From the UHGV virus genome UHGV-0240317: a stretch of 64,000 bases of DNA; one strand, 5' to 3'. Position numbers and translations under genes: made by a program. This document shows, in pieces, positions 17,618 to 28,065 of the stretch (position 1 is the stretch's first letter; the number at the start of each line of letters is the position of its first letter). This DNA comes from a virus. The notes beneath the pieces were generated by a model. It was given only the letters and a program-made list of their open reading frames with translations, was not told where the DNA came from and ran no database searches.

Positions 17618-18082
17618 TTAACCGAGGACTTTAGCAAGGATATTCGCAGCCATCGAAGAAGCTTTTGCAGCAGCAACTACGCCAGCTTTGACAGTGCTAT
17701 CCTTAATAGCAGATACCGTTGCAGCATCAGTAAAGAGATAAGTGATTGTTTTGGAACCACTTGTAAAGGAAAGCATAAGAGTAGTTTCCAGATTGAAAGA
17801 GCGATACGGAGCACCTTCTTTAACGATACCTTCAGCACCTAACTCTGAAGCCTTACCCATATCATAGATAGTCATCAGGTTTTCTTTGTGTGCAGTCGTT
17901 GAACCAACACCTTTTACGTGCTTCTTAACGTTCAACAATGCACGATATTCACGAATGCTACCATCAGCTTTTACATTAACAGCACGGAAAATTTTACCTT
18001 CAAAGTTACCTTGAATCATTTTACGAACTACTTCAGATTTGTTTGCCGTATCGTCCAGTGCTACCGTAATGATATTATTCAT
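17618..18082 (-). CDS. hypothetical protein
   Basis: ORF track. Confidence 0.6.
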   Translation of the reverse strand: MNNIITVALDDTANKSEVVRKMIQGNFEGKIFRAVNVKADGSIREYRALLNVKKHVKGVGSTTAHKENLMTIYDMGKASELGAEGIVKEGAPYRSFNLETTLMLSFTSGSKTITYLFTDAATVSAIKDSTVKAGVVAAAKASSMAANILAKVLG

Positions 18083-18092
18083 AAGTTTTCTC

Positions 18093-18788
18093 TCAATGTT
18101 TAACTAACATGGTTTTAATGTGTGGAAGGATTCTGTTCACCTTCTGCACATTCTTCTCTGTATCTTCTATAAAACATACTATATTAAAGTAAGGCAGAAT
18201 GCAAGACTGAATCATCCTCACTTTCAAACTTTCTGCACTTATAGAGTTAGTTCCAAAACCACGCATAAAAAGCATGTAGTCATGCTCTATGTTATGCCTT
18301 AAGAACATCTCAGTAGGTATTCTCTGAGATTCACCTCTTGCTGTCAAGAGTCCAATGGCAGCATGATTAGCGATTGCATCAATAATACTAAAAACATACG
18401 TTGGTTTTGCTCTTACAGAGTCAAGAAGATTAGTGTACTGTGAGAATGACCCGTCAGTCAATTCCGTTGAGCAATCTTCGTGATTAAAATTTGTAAGAAC
18501 ACCATCAATATCTGCTAAGATGAGGTTACCTTTTTCTACAAGGTCTTTATTGACTATGACTAAACTGTCACGTCTTACACCTATAGATTGCCCCGTCTCT
18601 TTATCCACAACGTTCACAATTGGTTGTGATGTGTGGAACTCTTCAAGTGAACATACAACTTCTCTTGCAGTATCTTCAAAATCCCTGCACTGTTCTGAAG
18701 TCCATACACAGGAATCAAGACCTAACTCATGAGGATGCAAGTCATAAGCATGACACAATACTTCATCAGACTTTCTTAATTTTTTCAT
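18093..18788 (-). CDS. HAD-superfamily phosphatase-like protein
   Basis: LILADIDGVLT motif (DxDG[TV]) typical of HAD hydrolases. Confidence 0.55.
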   Translation of the reverse strand: MKKLRKSDEVLCHAYDLHPHELGLDSCVWTSEQCRDFEDTAREVVCSLEEFHTSQPIVNVVDKETGQSIGVRRDSLVIVNKDLVEKGNLILADIDGVLTNFNHEDCSTELTDGSFSQYTNLLDSVRAKPTYVFSIIDAIANHAAIGLLTARGESQRIPTEMFLRHNIEHDYMLFMRGFGTNSISAESLKVRMIQSCILPYFNIVCFIEDTEKNVQKVNRILPHIKTMLVKH

Positions 18789-19314
18789 GGTTTACCTTAG
18801 AAATGTTTGTTGCAAATTCACATTGAGCGATGGCTTTCATATTGTTGTAGACATCTTGAGAGTATTTCTTAGCTTTAGGGATTTTGTACGAATACCCAGC
18901 ATTATATGATGCTAAAACTTTTTGTAAAGTCTTTTTTGACTTTGGCTGACCATGCACCTTTGTCCAAAACTCAAGCTCTTTATGTGTTTCTTTAGCGGCA
19001 TAATCAAAATCTTTTAAGAGTTTCTTTTTAGCCACATTAGGACTGATTTTGTTACGCTTTACAACAGTCTTCAAGTGATTCTGGAAAATACCATAGTCAT
19101 GGGTCTTTTTGTTCTCTACCTTCAGACCTAACTCTGACTCTTGTAAGGCTATAGCTGCTAGAGTGATACCCCAACCTTTACCCATGTTGTTCTCACCATA
19201 CTGGTAAGCCTTTAACATGTTCACTTTTTGGCTAATTGATAGCTCTGGGCAGTCAACTGCATAAGCTAATTGTGCTGTAAACATTAAGCACAAACCTAGA
19301 ATCAATTTCTTCAT
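18766..19314 (-). CDS. secreted protein, possibly lytic transglycosylase-like
   Basis: cleavable signal peptide; AIALQESELG and YNAGYSY weakly resemble SLT-domain motifs. Confidence 0.45.
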   Translation of the reverse strand: MKKLILGLCLMFTAQLAYAVDCPELSISQKVNMLKAYQYGENNMGKGWGITLAAIALQESELGLKVENKKTHDYGIFQNHLKTVVKRNKISPNVAKKKLLKDFDYAAKETHKELEFWTKVHGQPKSKKTLQKVLASYNAGYSYKIPKAKKYSQDVYNNMKAIAQCEFATNISKVNHEKIKKV

Positions 19315-19375
19315 TGGTTCTCCTGTTTAGTTTATCGTGACAACAATTATACAGCACTCTGCACAAAATACAAAT

Positions 19376-19401
19376 AAAAAAGGCCGCCGGAGCAGCCTTT
19401 T
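19376..19401 (-). terminator. rho-independent terminator
   Basis: GC-rich hairpin GGCCGCCGGAGCAGCC followed by T-run on the minus strand. Confidence 0.6.
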
Positions 19402-19414
19402 AAGAAATTACTTA

Positions 19415-20524
19415 TTAGATTTCACGTTTACGCTGAGAGATAAGTTCACCAGCAGTGCCAACGATGACATGCAGAGCTTCAGTCTTGCCATCCCACGCTT
19501 TCAGTACCTTACGTTGATTATCAACGATTGCTGCAACTTCATAACGAGACGAGCGCATCTTCATATCATTGTAATCAGTTGGAACAGATACAACATCTCG
19601 TGGATGGACACGAACCTTCAGAATTGTATCACCTGAGAAGCAACGAACATAATCCCAAGCACCAACGTGAAGACCTTGAGAGCAAGTCACGTTACGGTTA
19701 TTATCAACCATCCAACGTGGCATTTCTACAACGTTACCCAAATCATTAGGTACTTTGTAGGTGTGGGAGTCAACCAGCTTGCCTTCACGAGTGGATACTT
19801 TCTTCCAACCAATGATGTAGCCTTCCTCATCAATTTCGACATCAAGGTGAGATACGAAGCCCCAAAGTTGTTCTACAGAGTCTTTAGATGGGTTTTCCAT
19901 CAGTTTTTCGAAGAACATCACAAGGCGTTCAAAGCCTTTGTCTCCAGTCTTCATCATGTGAAGAATACGGTCAACCAGAGTAGAACGCATCTCAACAGCA
20001 CCGTAGAATAGCTTGTCGCCTTTGATTGTGATAGCACCCTGAGTGAAGTTTTCGATAAACTTACGAATGTTCATCAGTTCAAATGCTTTCTTGAACTCAC
20101 CTTTCACAACATGAACTACAATCTCTTGATAGTTCGGATGAGTAGACTCAACAATTTCAGATTCTGAACCATAAGTCATAATTACAGAATCACCAGTAAT
20201 CATGTACTCAATCTTGTCATCTTTCTGCATAGCTTCGTGCAGTTTATTTACTGGAGCTTTCTGTACAGCGTCTTTAACTACCTTTTCAACTGGTTTTCCA
20301 GCTTTCTTCTTAAAGGTCTTAGCAACTTGTTTCAAAGTCTTCGTAGCTGGTGTAGAAGTTGCCTTCTTATTCCCTTTTAAGGTTGCTTCATGACGCTCTA
20401 CAGCACGACCAACTGAACGGGTTGAAGTATTGAACTTCTGTGCAATAGCTGTTTTAGTCAGCTTACCTTCTTTAACCAGTTCGTAAATTTCTGCGTCAAT
20501 CTGTGCTTTAGTTTTAGTAGTCAT
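19415..20524 (-). CDS. rIIB: rIIB-like protein
   Basis: directly downstream of the rIIA-like gene on the same strand; size and position only. Confidence 0.45.
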   Translation of the reverse strand: MTTKTKAQIDAEIYELVKEGKLTKTAIAQKFNTSTRSVGRAVERHEATLKGNKKATSTPATKTLKQVAKTFKKKAGKPVEKVVKDAVQKAPVNKLHEAMQKDDKIEYMITGDSVIMTYGSESEIVESTHPNYQEIVVHVVKGEFKKAFELMNIRKFIENFTQGAITIKGDKLFYGAVEMRSTLVDRILHMMKTGDKGFERLVMFFEKLMENPSKDSVEQLWGFVSHLDVEIDEEGYIIGWKKVSTREGKLVDSHTYKVPNDLGNVVEMPRWMVDNNRNVTCSQGLHVGAWDYVRCFSGDTILKVRVHPRDVVSVPTDYNDMKMRSSRYEVAAIVDNQRKVLKAWDGKTEALHVIVGTAGELISQRKREI

Positions 20525-20603
20525 CTTATTACTCTCTCTTGTTAGTTAATAAATCATTTTGTAAGGCTATTCTAAGGGGCTTTGAAGCCCCTTGTCAAAC
20601 ACT

Positions 20604-22970
20604 TTAATCGTAAGTTGTAGTCCCTTCTGGAACACACTTCACATCAAAGCCTAAGAACTTACTCACTTCGATGGGTGACACTTTATTCCAATCTAAATGA
20701 GAAAGCAAGAAGTTTTCTTGTTTTCTTTTTGAAAGGTAGTTTGTCACCTTAATGACCATGCGGTCACCAGCTTTCTTAATTTTCTTGTACAGCTTTGTAT
20801 CATTGTCAAGGCAGTCTTTCAAAGTTTGCAACCTACTAATAGTGTAAGTATATGCAAACGGTGCAGCAACGTATTGGATTTTACCAAACATTGCCTCTAC
20901 AGCATCTTCATTACCTTCTAAGAAGATAGTTTTGTTTGTATCCCGTGAATAACAATAGCCACGAGAAATCTTCCTGTTATTGAACGTAAAGTTTCTGGCA
21001 ATAATCCAACTGCTTGTAAGGTCGAGGACACCATTCATATAGATACGTGTCATATACCTGTTATGATTAATCCAATGAACATCAGTTAAGCTGTCGTTCA
21101 AGAGTTTCTCATCTACTTCAATCCAGTCTTCTGGTATCTTTTTCCAATTTGCTTTTCGGAAAACATAGACTGTCTTACCTGTAACATTGGCAACTGACTT
21201 AGCTACATCTTCTGGAGATGAGCAAAAACATTCACCATCAACGGTATCACCTACCGCCTTAATGTAAAGCTGAGGCTCTTCAATTGTATCAAAGTCCTCT
21301 GAAACCTCTTTATAGGAAGCTACACCTTCTGCTGGAACAGCTTTCCAGAGTTTTACAACACCTCTTACAGCTTCTTTACGCTGATAATGATGTTCCTTAT
21401 CAGACATCTTCACAATCTTTAACAAGCTTTTATCAAGTTTGTGTAGATTGATTAGGTCGTCTAACTCTTTTTCAGTCGAGAATACAAAGACAATACCATT
21501 GTATCTGTGAAACAGATTCGACTCACTGGCATAGTCTCGACATGCACCACGCAAGATTTGATTGCGTCCTACAGTCTTCTCAGTACCGTTTTTATTGCGA
21601 CGGTCATTTATAACAAACAAAAACTGTTCAATTTGGCTTTTACGCATTGCGCCAAAGATATTGAACATACTTGCCTCTTGAGTGTAGGAAAGCGATGTTG
21701 CACGAATCTTACTCTCTAAAGAGTTGAACTTGACATAAGCAACTGGGTCATAAAGATAATCCACTTTAGGGATATTGTTCCCGTTCCTATCAACCTTAAT
21801 ATTACCTTTACCGTCACGTTCGTAAATGACTGAGCCGTCTTCTGCGTAGATAATTCCACGACGAATGTTTAGTAATTCTTCTTCCAGAGAATCAAGCTTA
21901 ACACCACCCCACTCTAGCTTTGGGCACACAGCATTAAACATCTCTCGTGAGTTCAAACGTAACTCAGCATAAGCCTGTGCAGCATCCATGAGTGTAGGTT
22001 GGCTATTAACTTTCTTGATAACATCCTTTGTAATCGCTTCAGTTATCTTTTTAGTAGCCTCAATGATAACATTTTTTGTCGTATCATTCATCTGCAATGC
22101 TTCACGAGAAGCTGCAATAGCAACTGAACCAATAGGCATGTAGATGTTTACAAGGTCTACGCTCCTACGGAAAAACTCTGGCAAGACTTTGAAGAAATCA
22201 TCACCAAGTAATGCTTCCATGTTCACTGGATAGGCAATATTACCCATAACCACGTTAAACTCTGTTCTATTGCTGCTTGAACGCCAGCTATGCTTATGAG
22301 TCATGGCATCATAGACACCTTCTTCACGAGCAATCACATACATATCTGCTAATATATCATTATACTCCACATTACTCTCTGGTTTTACAGCAAAGTATGA
22401 GTATACATTACCAGCCTCTTCAAAGAACTTTGAAATACGGTGGTCAGCAACTGCCACACGTACAGCTAAACCATTAGGTTCTTTTGTTGGGTTAGTGGTC
22501 AGTTTAGTTACTTGAGGGATACCATTCTCAAGATAAACAGAGTACTTATTAACAACACCGTCAACATAGCTAGACACTGTGAATGACTGAGCAATTGCAA
22601 ATAGTGATTTTGAGCCGATACCCATTGCACCAATGTAGTCATCAGAGTCATTCTTCGTAGAAGCCCCATAGTTTAGGTACAAACTCATAACTTTATCATG
22701 AGTTAATCCAGTTCCAAAATCACGAACTTCAAAGTAAGGCTCAAAACGAGTAGGTAAATGCACATGGAACGGGATGTTCTCTTTTCCAGCCTCTTTCTGA
22801 GCATCTACTGCGTTACATGACAGTTCACGAATCACTGCCCTTTCTTTAAAGGTATATACACCAGAACTCAAAAGGCTGAACATTTCAGGTGTCATTGTAA
22901 TCTGTGCTTGAGACGTCTCTAAAGAAGTTGAACTCTTAATCACTTCTGCGTGGTCGTTTACCATGCGCAT
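20604..22970 (-). CDS. rIIA: rIIA-like protein with GHKL-type ATPase domain
   Basis: N-box RELSCNAVDA, G1 box VRDFGTGL, G2 box GAMGIGSKS; 788 aa. Confidence 0.6.
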   Translation of the reverse strand: MRMVNDHAEVIKSSTSLETSQAQITMTPEMFSLLSSGVYTFKERAVIRELSCNAVDAQKEAGKENIPFHVHLPTRFEPYFEVRDFGTGLTHDKVMSLYLNYGASTKNDSDDYIGAMGIGSKSLFAIAQSFTVSSYVDGVVNKYSVYLENGIPQVTKLTTNPTKEPNGLAVRVAVADHRISKFFEEAGNVYSYFAVKPESNVEYNDILADMYVIAREEGVYDAMTHKHSWRSSSNRTEFNVVMGNIAYPVNMEALLGDDFFKVLPEFFRRSVDLVNIYMPIGSVAIAASREALQMNDTTKNVIIEATKKITEAITKDVIKKVNSQPTLMDAAQAYAELRLNSREMFNAVCPKLEWGGVKLDSLEEELLNIRRGIIYAEDGSVIYERDGKGNIKVDRNGNNIPKVDYLYDPVAYVKFNSLESKIRATSLSYTQEASMFNIFGAMRKSQIEQFLFVINDRRNKNGTEKTVGRNQILRGACRDYASESNLFHRYNGIVFVFSTEKELDDLINLHKLDKSLLKIVKMSDKEHHYQRKEAVRGVVKLWKAVPAEGVASYKEVSEDFDTIEEPQLYIKAVGDTVDGECFCSSPEDVAKSVANVTGKTVYVFRKANWKKIPEDWIEVDEKLLNDSLTDVHWINHNRYMTRIYMNGVLDLTSSWIIARNFTFNNRKISRGYCYSRDTNKTIFLEGNEDAVEAMFGKIQYVAAPFAYTYTISRLQTLKDCLDNDTKLYKKIKKAGDRMVIKVTNYLSKRKQENFLLSHLDWNKVSPIEVSKFLGFDVKCVPEGTTTYD

Positions 22971-23002
22971 AATACTTTCCTCTTAGTTTACTGTTAAATT
23001 AC

Positions 23003-23175
23003 TTATTAAACATTTTACCAGAACCACCACACATAGGGCAACAACCTGCTCTTGTATAGCCTTCTCCGTTACAGAAGTCACACTTCTTGTGTTCTGCATA
23101 GTACTTGCAAAGAAGGTAAACAAATACTGCTACACTACCAAGTGACAGTAAAATTTCTATCCAATATGCTTGCAT
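23003..23175 (-). CDS. small membrane/zinc-ribbon protein (not in ORF track; coordinates approximate)
   Basis: own translation: hydrophobic N-terminus then CDFCNG...CCPMCGG. Confidence 0.35.
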
Positions 23176-23492
23176 GACTCACCTCTCATATTCTTGTAAA
23201 GGATAAAGCTTCTGTCATGGACGATACTTGTAGATACTGCAAAGTTACTTTCAAGTATCTGTTTGTTTGGATTGTAGAAGCTTTCTTTAAACTCGTCAAG
23301 TGCAAATTGGTGATTGTCTGGAAGACCTTTTACACAGACTTTTATTGTGATTGCTGCTGCAATCTTGCCAGTCAGTTCTTCTTTAGCTGCTACTAAAATT
23401 TTGTTAAGGAACTTTTTACCATCTTCAGGTTTCTTAATGTTCTCCCAACGTTCTTCTAGGACAACGTTAATGTTCATTTCTTTGATTTTCAT
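23157..23492 (-). CDS. hypothetical protein
   Basis: ORF track. Confidence 0.55.
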   Translation of the reverse strand: MKIKEMNINVVLEERWENIKKPEDGKKFLNKILVAAKEELTGKIAAAITIKVCVKGLPDNHQFALDEFKESFYNPNKQILESNFAVSTSIVHDRSFILYKNMRGESCKHIG

Positions 23493-23509
23493 AGTCTTCT
23501 CCAGAAATT

Positions 23510-23532
23510 AAAAAGGCTCCCGTAGGAGCCTC
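23510..23532 (-). terminator. rho-independent terminator
   Basis: GGCTCC-cgta-GGAGCC with T-run on the minus strand. Confidence 0.65.
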
Positions 23533-23545
23533 TTATCATATACTT

Positions 23546-25327
23546 TTAAAGCTGCTTGTCAATATTATTTCGAATATCACCAAGAGTTGTGTAGCCGAAC
23601 TGCTCAGAGTCGCTAAAGACTAGACGTAAAGCACAAGCTGGATGTTCAAGTGCATCTGCAAAGCTCTGGAACCCATAGCCATCTACAGCTTTCAGGTTTT
23701 CACCATCCCACATAGGTGCTACACCACCAAAAGCAGACTTCTTAACACCACTATCTGTTTTAGGGTCTTTTGCAAGCATAATCTCTTTACCACCAATGCT
23801 TGCAAGAGTTGCTTTAACAGCAAATGCAAAGGTGTCACGAGTCATGTACTGGTAAGTGTAAGAGCCTACGCCAAACACTACGTTAGAGCTTGCAAAACCC
23901 ATTTCATACAGACGCTTCAGGATTTCGTTTGCACGTTCCAGCGTGATAGAGTCGCCATAGATAAGGCCAATGTGCTCATCCAGTACCTTAAAACCTTTAG
24001 AGTTAATAGTTCCTCCAAAGATGTTATACAGTGTCTTGATAGCTCCATCAATCTCTGCTACAGGGCGTGTTACAACGTTTGCAGAACCAACCATATAAGC
24101 GTTCTTCAACATCACTGTATCAGCAACTTCAAAGTCTTCTCTGTCAACAACCATTTCGTAGCCTTCTGACAGTAGCCATCCAGCAATACCATAGTTGATG
24201 TTTTCAAGCTTCATGTTCAGAACAGCATTCAACATTGTGTCACTGGCTTCCAGCTTGCTTAGGTGCTCGTAATAAGCCTTCTTAGCACATTCTAAGTGGA
24301 TTGCTTTATAACCTGTGACAATATGTACAGGGTCTCCAGAGTCAGGACGAATTACCAGTTTGCCATCACGTTCCATAATTTCTTTACGAAGTGCTGGTAA
24401 AATTTCTGACACAGTTCTCCAGAAGTTATAAGTGTCTGAAACAACACTTGCAATACCAGTTGTGTAAGTTTCTGTTAAGAAACGACGGAAGGTTTGTAAC
24501 TCACCTTTAAAGCGTCTTTCATCTTCAATCAATTCATTACCACCCTCCCAAGCAATGTTTGCACACATTACAGAGTGTTCAGTGGCTGGTACAGAACTGC
24601 CAATATCAGAGATTGGGTAAGACTGACCATAGATTCGTTTAGCCGTATACACAGCAGGGAAGCTATCAGTTCCTTTAAAGCTGGTTAAGTGGCCTACAGC
24701 ATTAAATGCGTCATCAGTAAAGCCGGACATACCACGCATAGCAAAGTCATGGCACTGATAAGGCAAATGTAAGTCGTTGTCACAAGTAAGGTCAGCCCAC
24801 TTCTTACAGATACGTTTGTAGTGCAATGCAATAGTTGCAATGGTACAAGCCTTCCAAATCTCAGCAGAGAAAGCATCTTCCAGATAACCTGCTACCCAAT
24901 GGAAACCTGAAACAGTGTTCTGAAAAACAATCATCGGAACACGCATAGGGACAACCGTGCCTTCTTCTACAGCGTATACTTCAACTGGTAGATAACCTAA
25001 GTCGTGAAGTGCTTCCCAATGCTCTCGACCGATAGCATCTTTACCCAGAACACCATTCATGACTTCTAAGATTTCGTCAATTGCTTCTTTTTTATCACGT
25101 TCAAAGAAGGTGGCATTCCAATGGTCTATCAAGTAATCTTTAACGAAACGTTGAATACCAAAAGCCACTACACCATCAATTACTAAGGGGCTGTTAAACC
25201 ACTTATCACTACGTGGTGTCAGGTTCAACATAAGATATTGCGTAGCATCTGGATACTGATATATATGTGATGCCTTGTAAGCATCTGCATTAAGACCTGC
25301 TGGTACTGCATAAAGTGATTTAGTCAT
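23546..25327 (-). CDS. nicotinamide phosphoribosyltransferase family protein (NadV/NAMPT-like)
   Basis: aligns with human NAMPT at DSYK, FKGTD, SVPAxEHS, SVVSDxY, IRPDSG(D/N)P. Confidence 0.85.
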   Translation of the reverse strand: MTKSLYAVPAGLNADAYKASHIYQYPDATQYLMLNLTPRSDKWFNSPLVIDGVVAFGIQRFVKDYLIDHWNATFFERDKKEAIDEILEVMNGVLGKDAIGREHWEALHDLGYLPVEVYAVEEGTVVPMRVPMIVFQNTVSGFHWVAGYLEDAFSAEIWKACTIATIALHYKRICKKWADLTCDNDLHLPYQCHDFAMRGMSGFTDDAFNAVGHLTSFKGTDSFPAVYTAKRIYGQSYPISDIGSSVPATEHSVMCANIAWEGGNELIEDERRFKGELQTFRRFLTETYTTGIASVVSDTYNFWRTVSEILPALRKEIMERDGKLVIRPDSGDPVHIVTGYKAIHLECAKKAYYEHLSKLEASDTMLNAVLNMKLENINYGIAGWLLSEGYEMVVDREDFEVADTVMLKNAYMVGSANVVTRPVAEIDGAIKTLYNIFGGTINSKGFKVLDEHIGLIYGDSITLERANEILKRLYEMGFASSNVVFGVGSYTYQYMTRDTFAFAVKATLASIGGKEIMLAKDPKTDSGVKKSAFGGVAPMWDGENLKAVDGYGFQSFADALEHPACALRLVFSDSEQFGYTTLGDIRNNIDKQL

Positions 25328-25372
25328 CTTTTAATCTCTCTCAAAATGGGGCTTTCAAGCCCCTATAAACTT

Positions 25373-26254
25373 TCAATCAAGGTTTGCTACAGTAACTTGA
25401 CCATAATGTGTTAAGCCACGGTCTTTAGCTTCGCCTAAAGAGTTTGTAGTGTAAATATGGTCGATACCGTTGTCAAGAAGGTTTTCAACACCTTTAGAGA
25501 AGATACCATGTGTTACATAAAGCTCAACACGTTTTGCACCTGCTTCACGTAGGTGTTTAGCTGCCTCTACGAAGGTTCGACCACCATCACAGATATCATC
25601 AAGAATCATGACGGTTTTATCGGTCAAATCAACATCGTCAAGGATTCGCATACCAGTGATTTCTCCAGTCTTAAGATTTCGCACCTTAGACATTGTGATA
25701 TATGGTTTATCCACCTCTTTAGCAGTCTCTGCAATCTTCTTAGAAGCACCTGCATCTGGGGCTACTAAGTAATCAATTAGAGGGTCATTTGCATAGTGGA
25801 CTGCAATCTCCTTTTGAGGAATACTTTGGAAGCAGTTAAACAGGTTATCTGGTACATAACTGTGAGGGTCAACTGCACAGACTGCACCAAATCCCATTGC
25901 ATTTACCTGTTTAGCAAAAACCTTTAAAGCTGCTGCGTCGCCTTTAAACATGTGACGGTCATATCGTGCATTTGGTAAGTAGTAAAAGATGACAGTCTTC
26001 ATGGCATAATCATGAGGAACTAAATCATCAATTGCTTCTTTAGCAAGTGCCACAGCAAACAATGTGTCTTTGTCATAACCCTTTACAATCATAACCACAT
26101 TGTTAATAGATGATGCTGCATAAGCAGTAAAATCAACAAGCTCTTGTGAAAAGTGTCCACCAATCTCACCAGAAGGAAATTGGATAATGTTAAACTCTTC
26201 TTCATGAGTTCCTTTAGTTGGTGAATGAACTGTAACACGGATAGATGTTTTCAT
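25373..26254 (-). CDS. ribose-phosphate pyrophosphokinase family protein (PRPP synthetase-like)
   Basis: ILDDICDGGRTFVEAAKHLREAGAKRV matches the Prs PRPP-binding loop. Confidence 0.8.
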   Translation of the reverse strand: MKTSIRVTVHSPTKGTHEEEFNIIQFPSGEIGGHFSQELVDFTAYAASSINNVVMIVKGYDKDTLFAVALAKEAIDDLVPHDYAMKTVIFYYLPNARYDRHMFKGDAAALKVFAKQVNAMGFGAVCAVDPHSYVPDNLFNCFQSIPQKEIAVHYANDPLIDYLVAPDAGASKKIAETAKEVDKPYITMSKVRNLKTGEITGMRILDDVDLTDKTVMILDDICDGGRTFVEAAKHLREAGAKRVELYVTHGIFSKGVENLLDNGIDHIYTTNSLGEAKDRGLTHYGQVTVANLD

Positions 26255-26383
26255 AGTTTTCTCTCTCTCTCAATCAAAGGTTACGTTTGTTACTGATATT
26301 GCAGCAGAACGTTTTAGGTTTGACAGATACATATCATCTCCAAAATAAAAAGGGAACCTTTACAGTTCCCCTATAGTATCTGT

Positions 26384-26704
26384 TTACTGAGCTACTTTCA
26401 AGATGCTTGTGAATGAAATCTCACTCTCATCCATAAACTCTTTTGCTTCCCCAGTAACTTTTACAAAGTTATCTAGGCAGATAATCTTCTTATCTTTCTT
26501 GCTGTAGGTTAGCTTAACCTTTTCAATATCTTTCTTAGAGCTTTTCTCTTCATTAAAGAGCTTCACAGCTTCTTTGAATGGAAGGTATGAGCCATCATCA
26601 TCGCTAATAAAACCTGTACCACAATAGTAGAAGTTATACTCTTTAGCCATAAACTTGCACAGTACGAAAATCTGTAATTTACGAGTGTTATAAACTTTGC
26701 TCAT
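26384..26704 (-). CDS. hypothetical protein
   Basis: ORF track. Confidence 0.55.
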   Translation of the reverse strand: MSKVYNTRKLQIFVLCKFMAKEYNFYYCGTGFISDDDGSYLPFKEAVKLFNEEKSSKKDIEKVKLTYSKKDKKIICLDNFVKVTGEAKEFMDESEISFTSILKVAQ

Positions 26705-26706
26705 GA

Positions 26707-26964
26707 TTATTTAGCCTTCTTATTACGTTTACGGTTACGAGATTTCTTAGCTGCTCGTTTAATAGCTGCTGCACCAGACGGACGATGGGCTTGTTTCTTA
26801 CCACCTTTGCCACGGCCTACATAGATACTTTTCATAATCTCACTAGCCATCTTCTCATCCATCTTGAAGTTCTGCATAAGATGAGTCACATCAACACCAG
26901 TGAGCATACCTAATGAAGCTAGTGCTGCTTTTACTTTTGATTTAAAACTGTTCCAGAGTCCCAT
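26707..26964 (-). CDS. hypothetical protein with basic C-terminal tail
   Basis: ORF track; K/R-rich C-terminus. Confidence 0.5.
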   Translation of the reverse strand: MGLWNSFKSKVKAALASLGMLTGVDVTHLMQNFKMDEKMASEIMKSIYVGRGKGGKKQAHRPSGAAAIKRAAKKSRNRKRNKKAK

Positions 26965-27308
26965 TTCGTATCTCTCTCAACCTTTTCACAAAAGGTTTTA
27001 AGTTCTTCTTCAGTGACACCAACAATATTGTCGCCGACGTTTAAATTTGTTTTGTAGAACATTGTGTAGTTACCTTTACCGACAACTTCAAATGCTCCAG
27101 CCTTCTCAATCTCTGCTAAGGCTTCCATTCCAACATTACCGAAAAGGAAGTTTGTATACTTTCTCCATTCATCAAGTAGCTCGGTCTTAACTTTATAAGT
27201 ACCCAATAAAGCACTGTTAAAAGAAAGAACCATTACCTCACCTTTTCCGTAACCCACTTTACGACGAGACTTACTCGGCTCTCCACTGACAATCACCTTG
27301 CCACCCAT
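26931..27308 (-). CDS. hypothetical protein
   Basis: start moved to internal ATG with GGAGAAAAG RBS to limit overlap with nrdG. Confidence 0.45.
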   Translation of the reverse strand: MGGKVIVSGEPSKSRRKVGYGKGEVMVLSFNSALLGTYKVKTELLDEWRKYTNFLFGNVGMEALAEIEKAGAFEVVGKGNYTMFYKTNLNVGDNIVGVTEEELKTFCEKVERDTKWDSGTVLNQK

Positions 27309-27756
27309 ACTCTTTTCTCCAGAGGTTTTGGTTATCAGAACCACGATATGGTTTAACTGTTGGTTTAGATGAATCATACTTACCATCAATCACCACGTCA
27401 ACATATTTCATTACATCTAGGTGAATTTTTTCGTGTAACTGAAAACCTGTCCAAAGCCATATAGACTTTTCTGGATAAACAGTTTTAATACGCTTGCATA
27501 TGTTGGTGACCTCTTGAATGTTTCTGTCATCCAGAGGTTCTCCACCAAGTATTGACAGCCCACTGACGGCATTATCATCCATTAACTTAATGATGCCATA
27601 AAGGTTTGCATAAGTGAACTCTTTACCAGCATTAAACTTCCAAGACTCCCTGTTAAAGCAGCCTTCACAGTGATGCTTACAACCAGCTACGAAGAGGCTT
27701 ACACGAACCCCTTCACCATTAGCTGTGTCAAATGGTCGAATCTCCATGTAATTCAT
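27271..27756 (-). CDS. nrdG: anaerobic ribonucleotide reductase activating protein
   Basis: radical-SAM CKHHCEGC motif; ~160 aa; next to nrdD. Confidence 0.85.
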   Translation of the reverse strand: MNYMEIRPFDTANGEGVRVSLFVAGCKHHCEGCFNRESWKFNAGKEFTYANLYGIIKLMDDNAVSGLSILGGEPLDDRNIQEVTNICKRIKTVYPEKSIWLWTGFQLHEKIHLDVMKYVDVVIDGKYDSSKPTVKPYRGSDNQNLWRKEYGWQGDCQWRAE

Positions 27757-27765
27757 CTAGTTACC

Positions 27766-28065
27766 TCACCAATACATATAAGTGTTCTTAGCGGCTTTCT
27801 TTGGAGACTTGCTATCAATGTCAAAGTCTTCATCTAAGAAGGCTGTCTTAGAAAGCTGCCTGATTTGTGTTCTTGTAAGACGTTTAGTAGCCTTCTTAAT
27901 CTCCCTACAAGGTTGACTTGTAAAGTCATAAGAGCCACCTTTTCTGGACATCATATCAGAATGGAAGTAGACATCTGAAGCATTTTCTCTGTTACGTACC
28001 TCATTTCTCCACTCATAGAGTCCATGAACGTTCTTTAAACCTTTTCTTCGAATTGTTTTACTCAT
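27766..28065 (-). CDS. hypothetical basic protein
   Basis: ORF track. Confidence 0.5.
   Translation of the reverse strand: MSKTIRRKGLKNVHGLYEWRNEVRNRENASDVYFHSDMMSRKGGSYDFTSQPCREIKKATKRLTRTQIRQLSKTAFLDEDFDIDSKSPKKAAKNTYMYW

Noticed and set aside
23642-24169. 175 aa plus-strand ORF
   Set aside because: Lies entirely inside the well-supported minus-strand NAMPT-like gene, with Cys/Phe-rich composition typical of an antisense shadow ORF.
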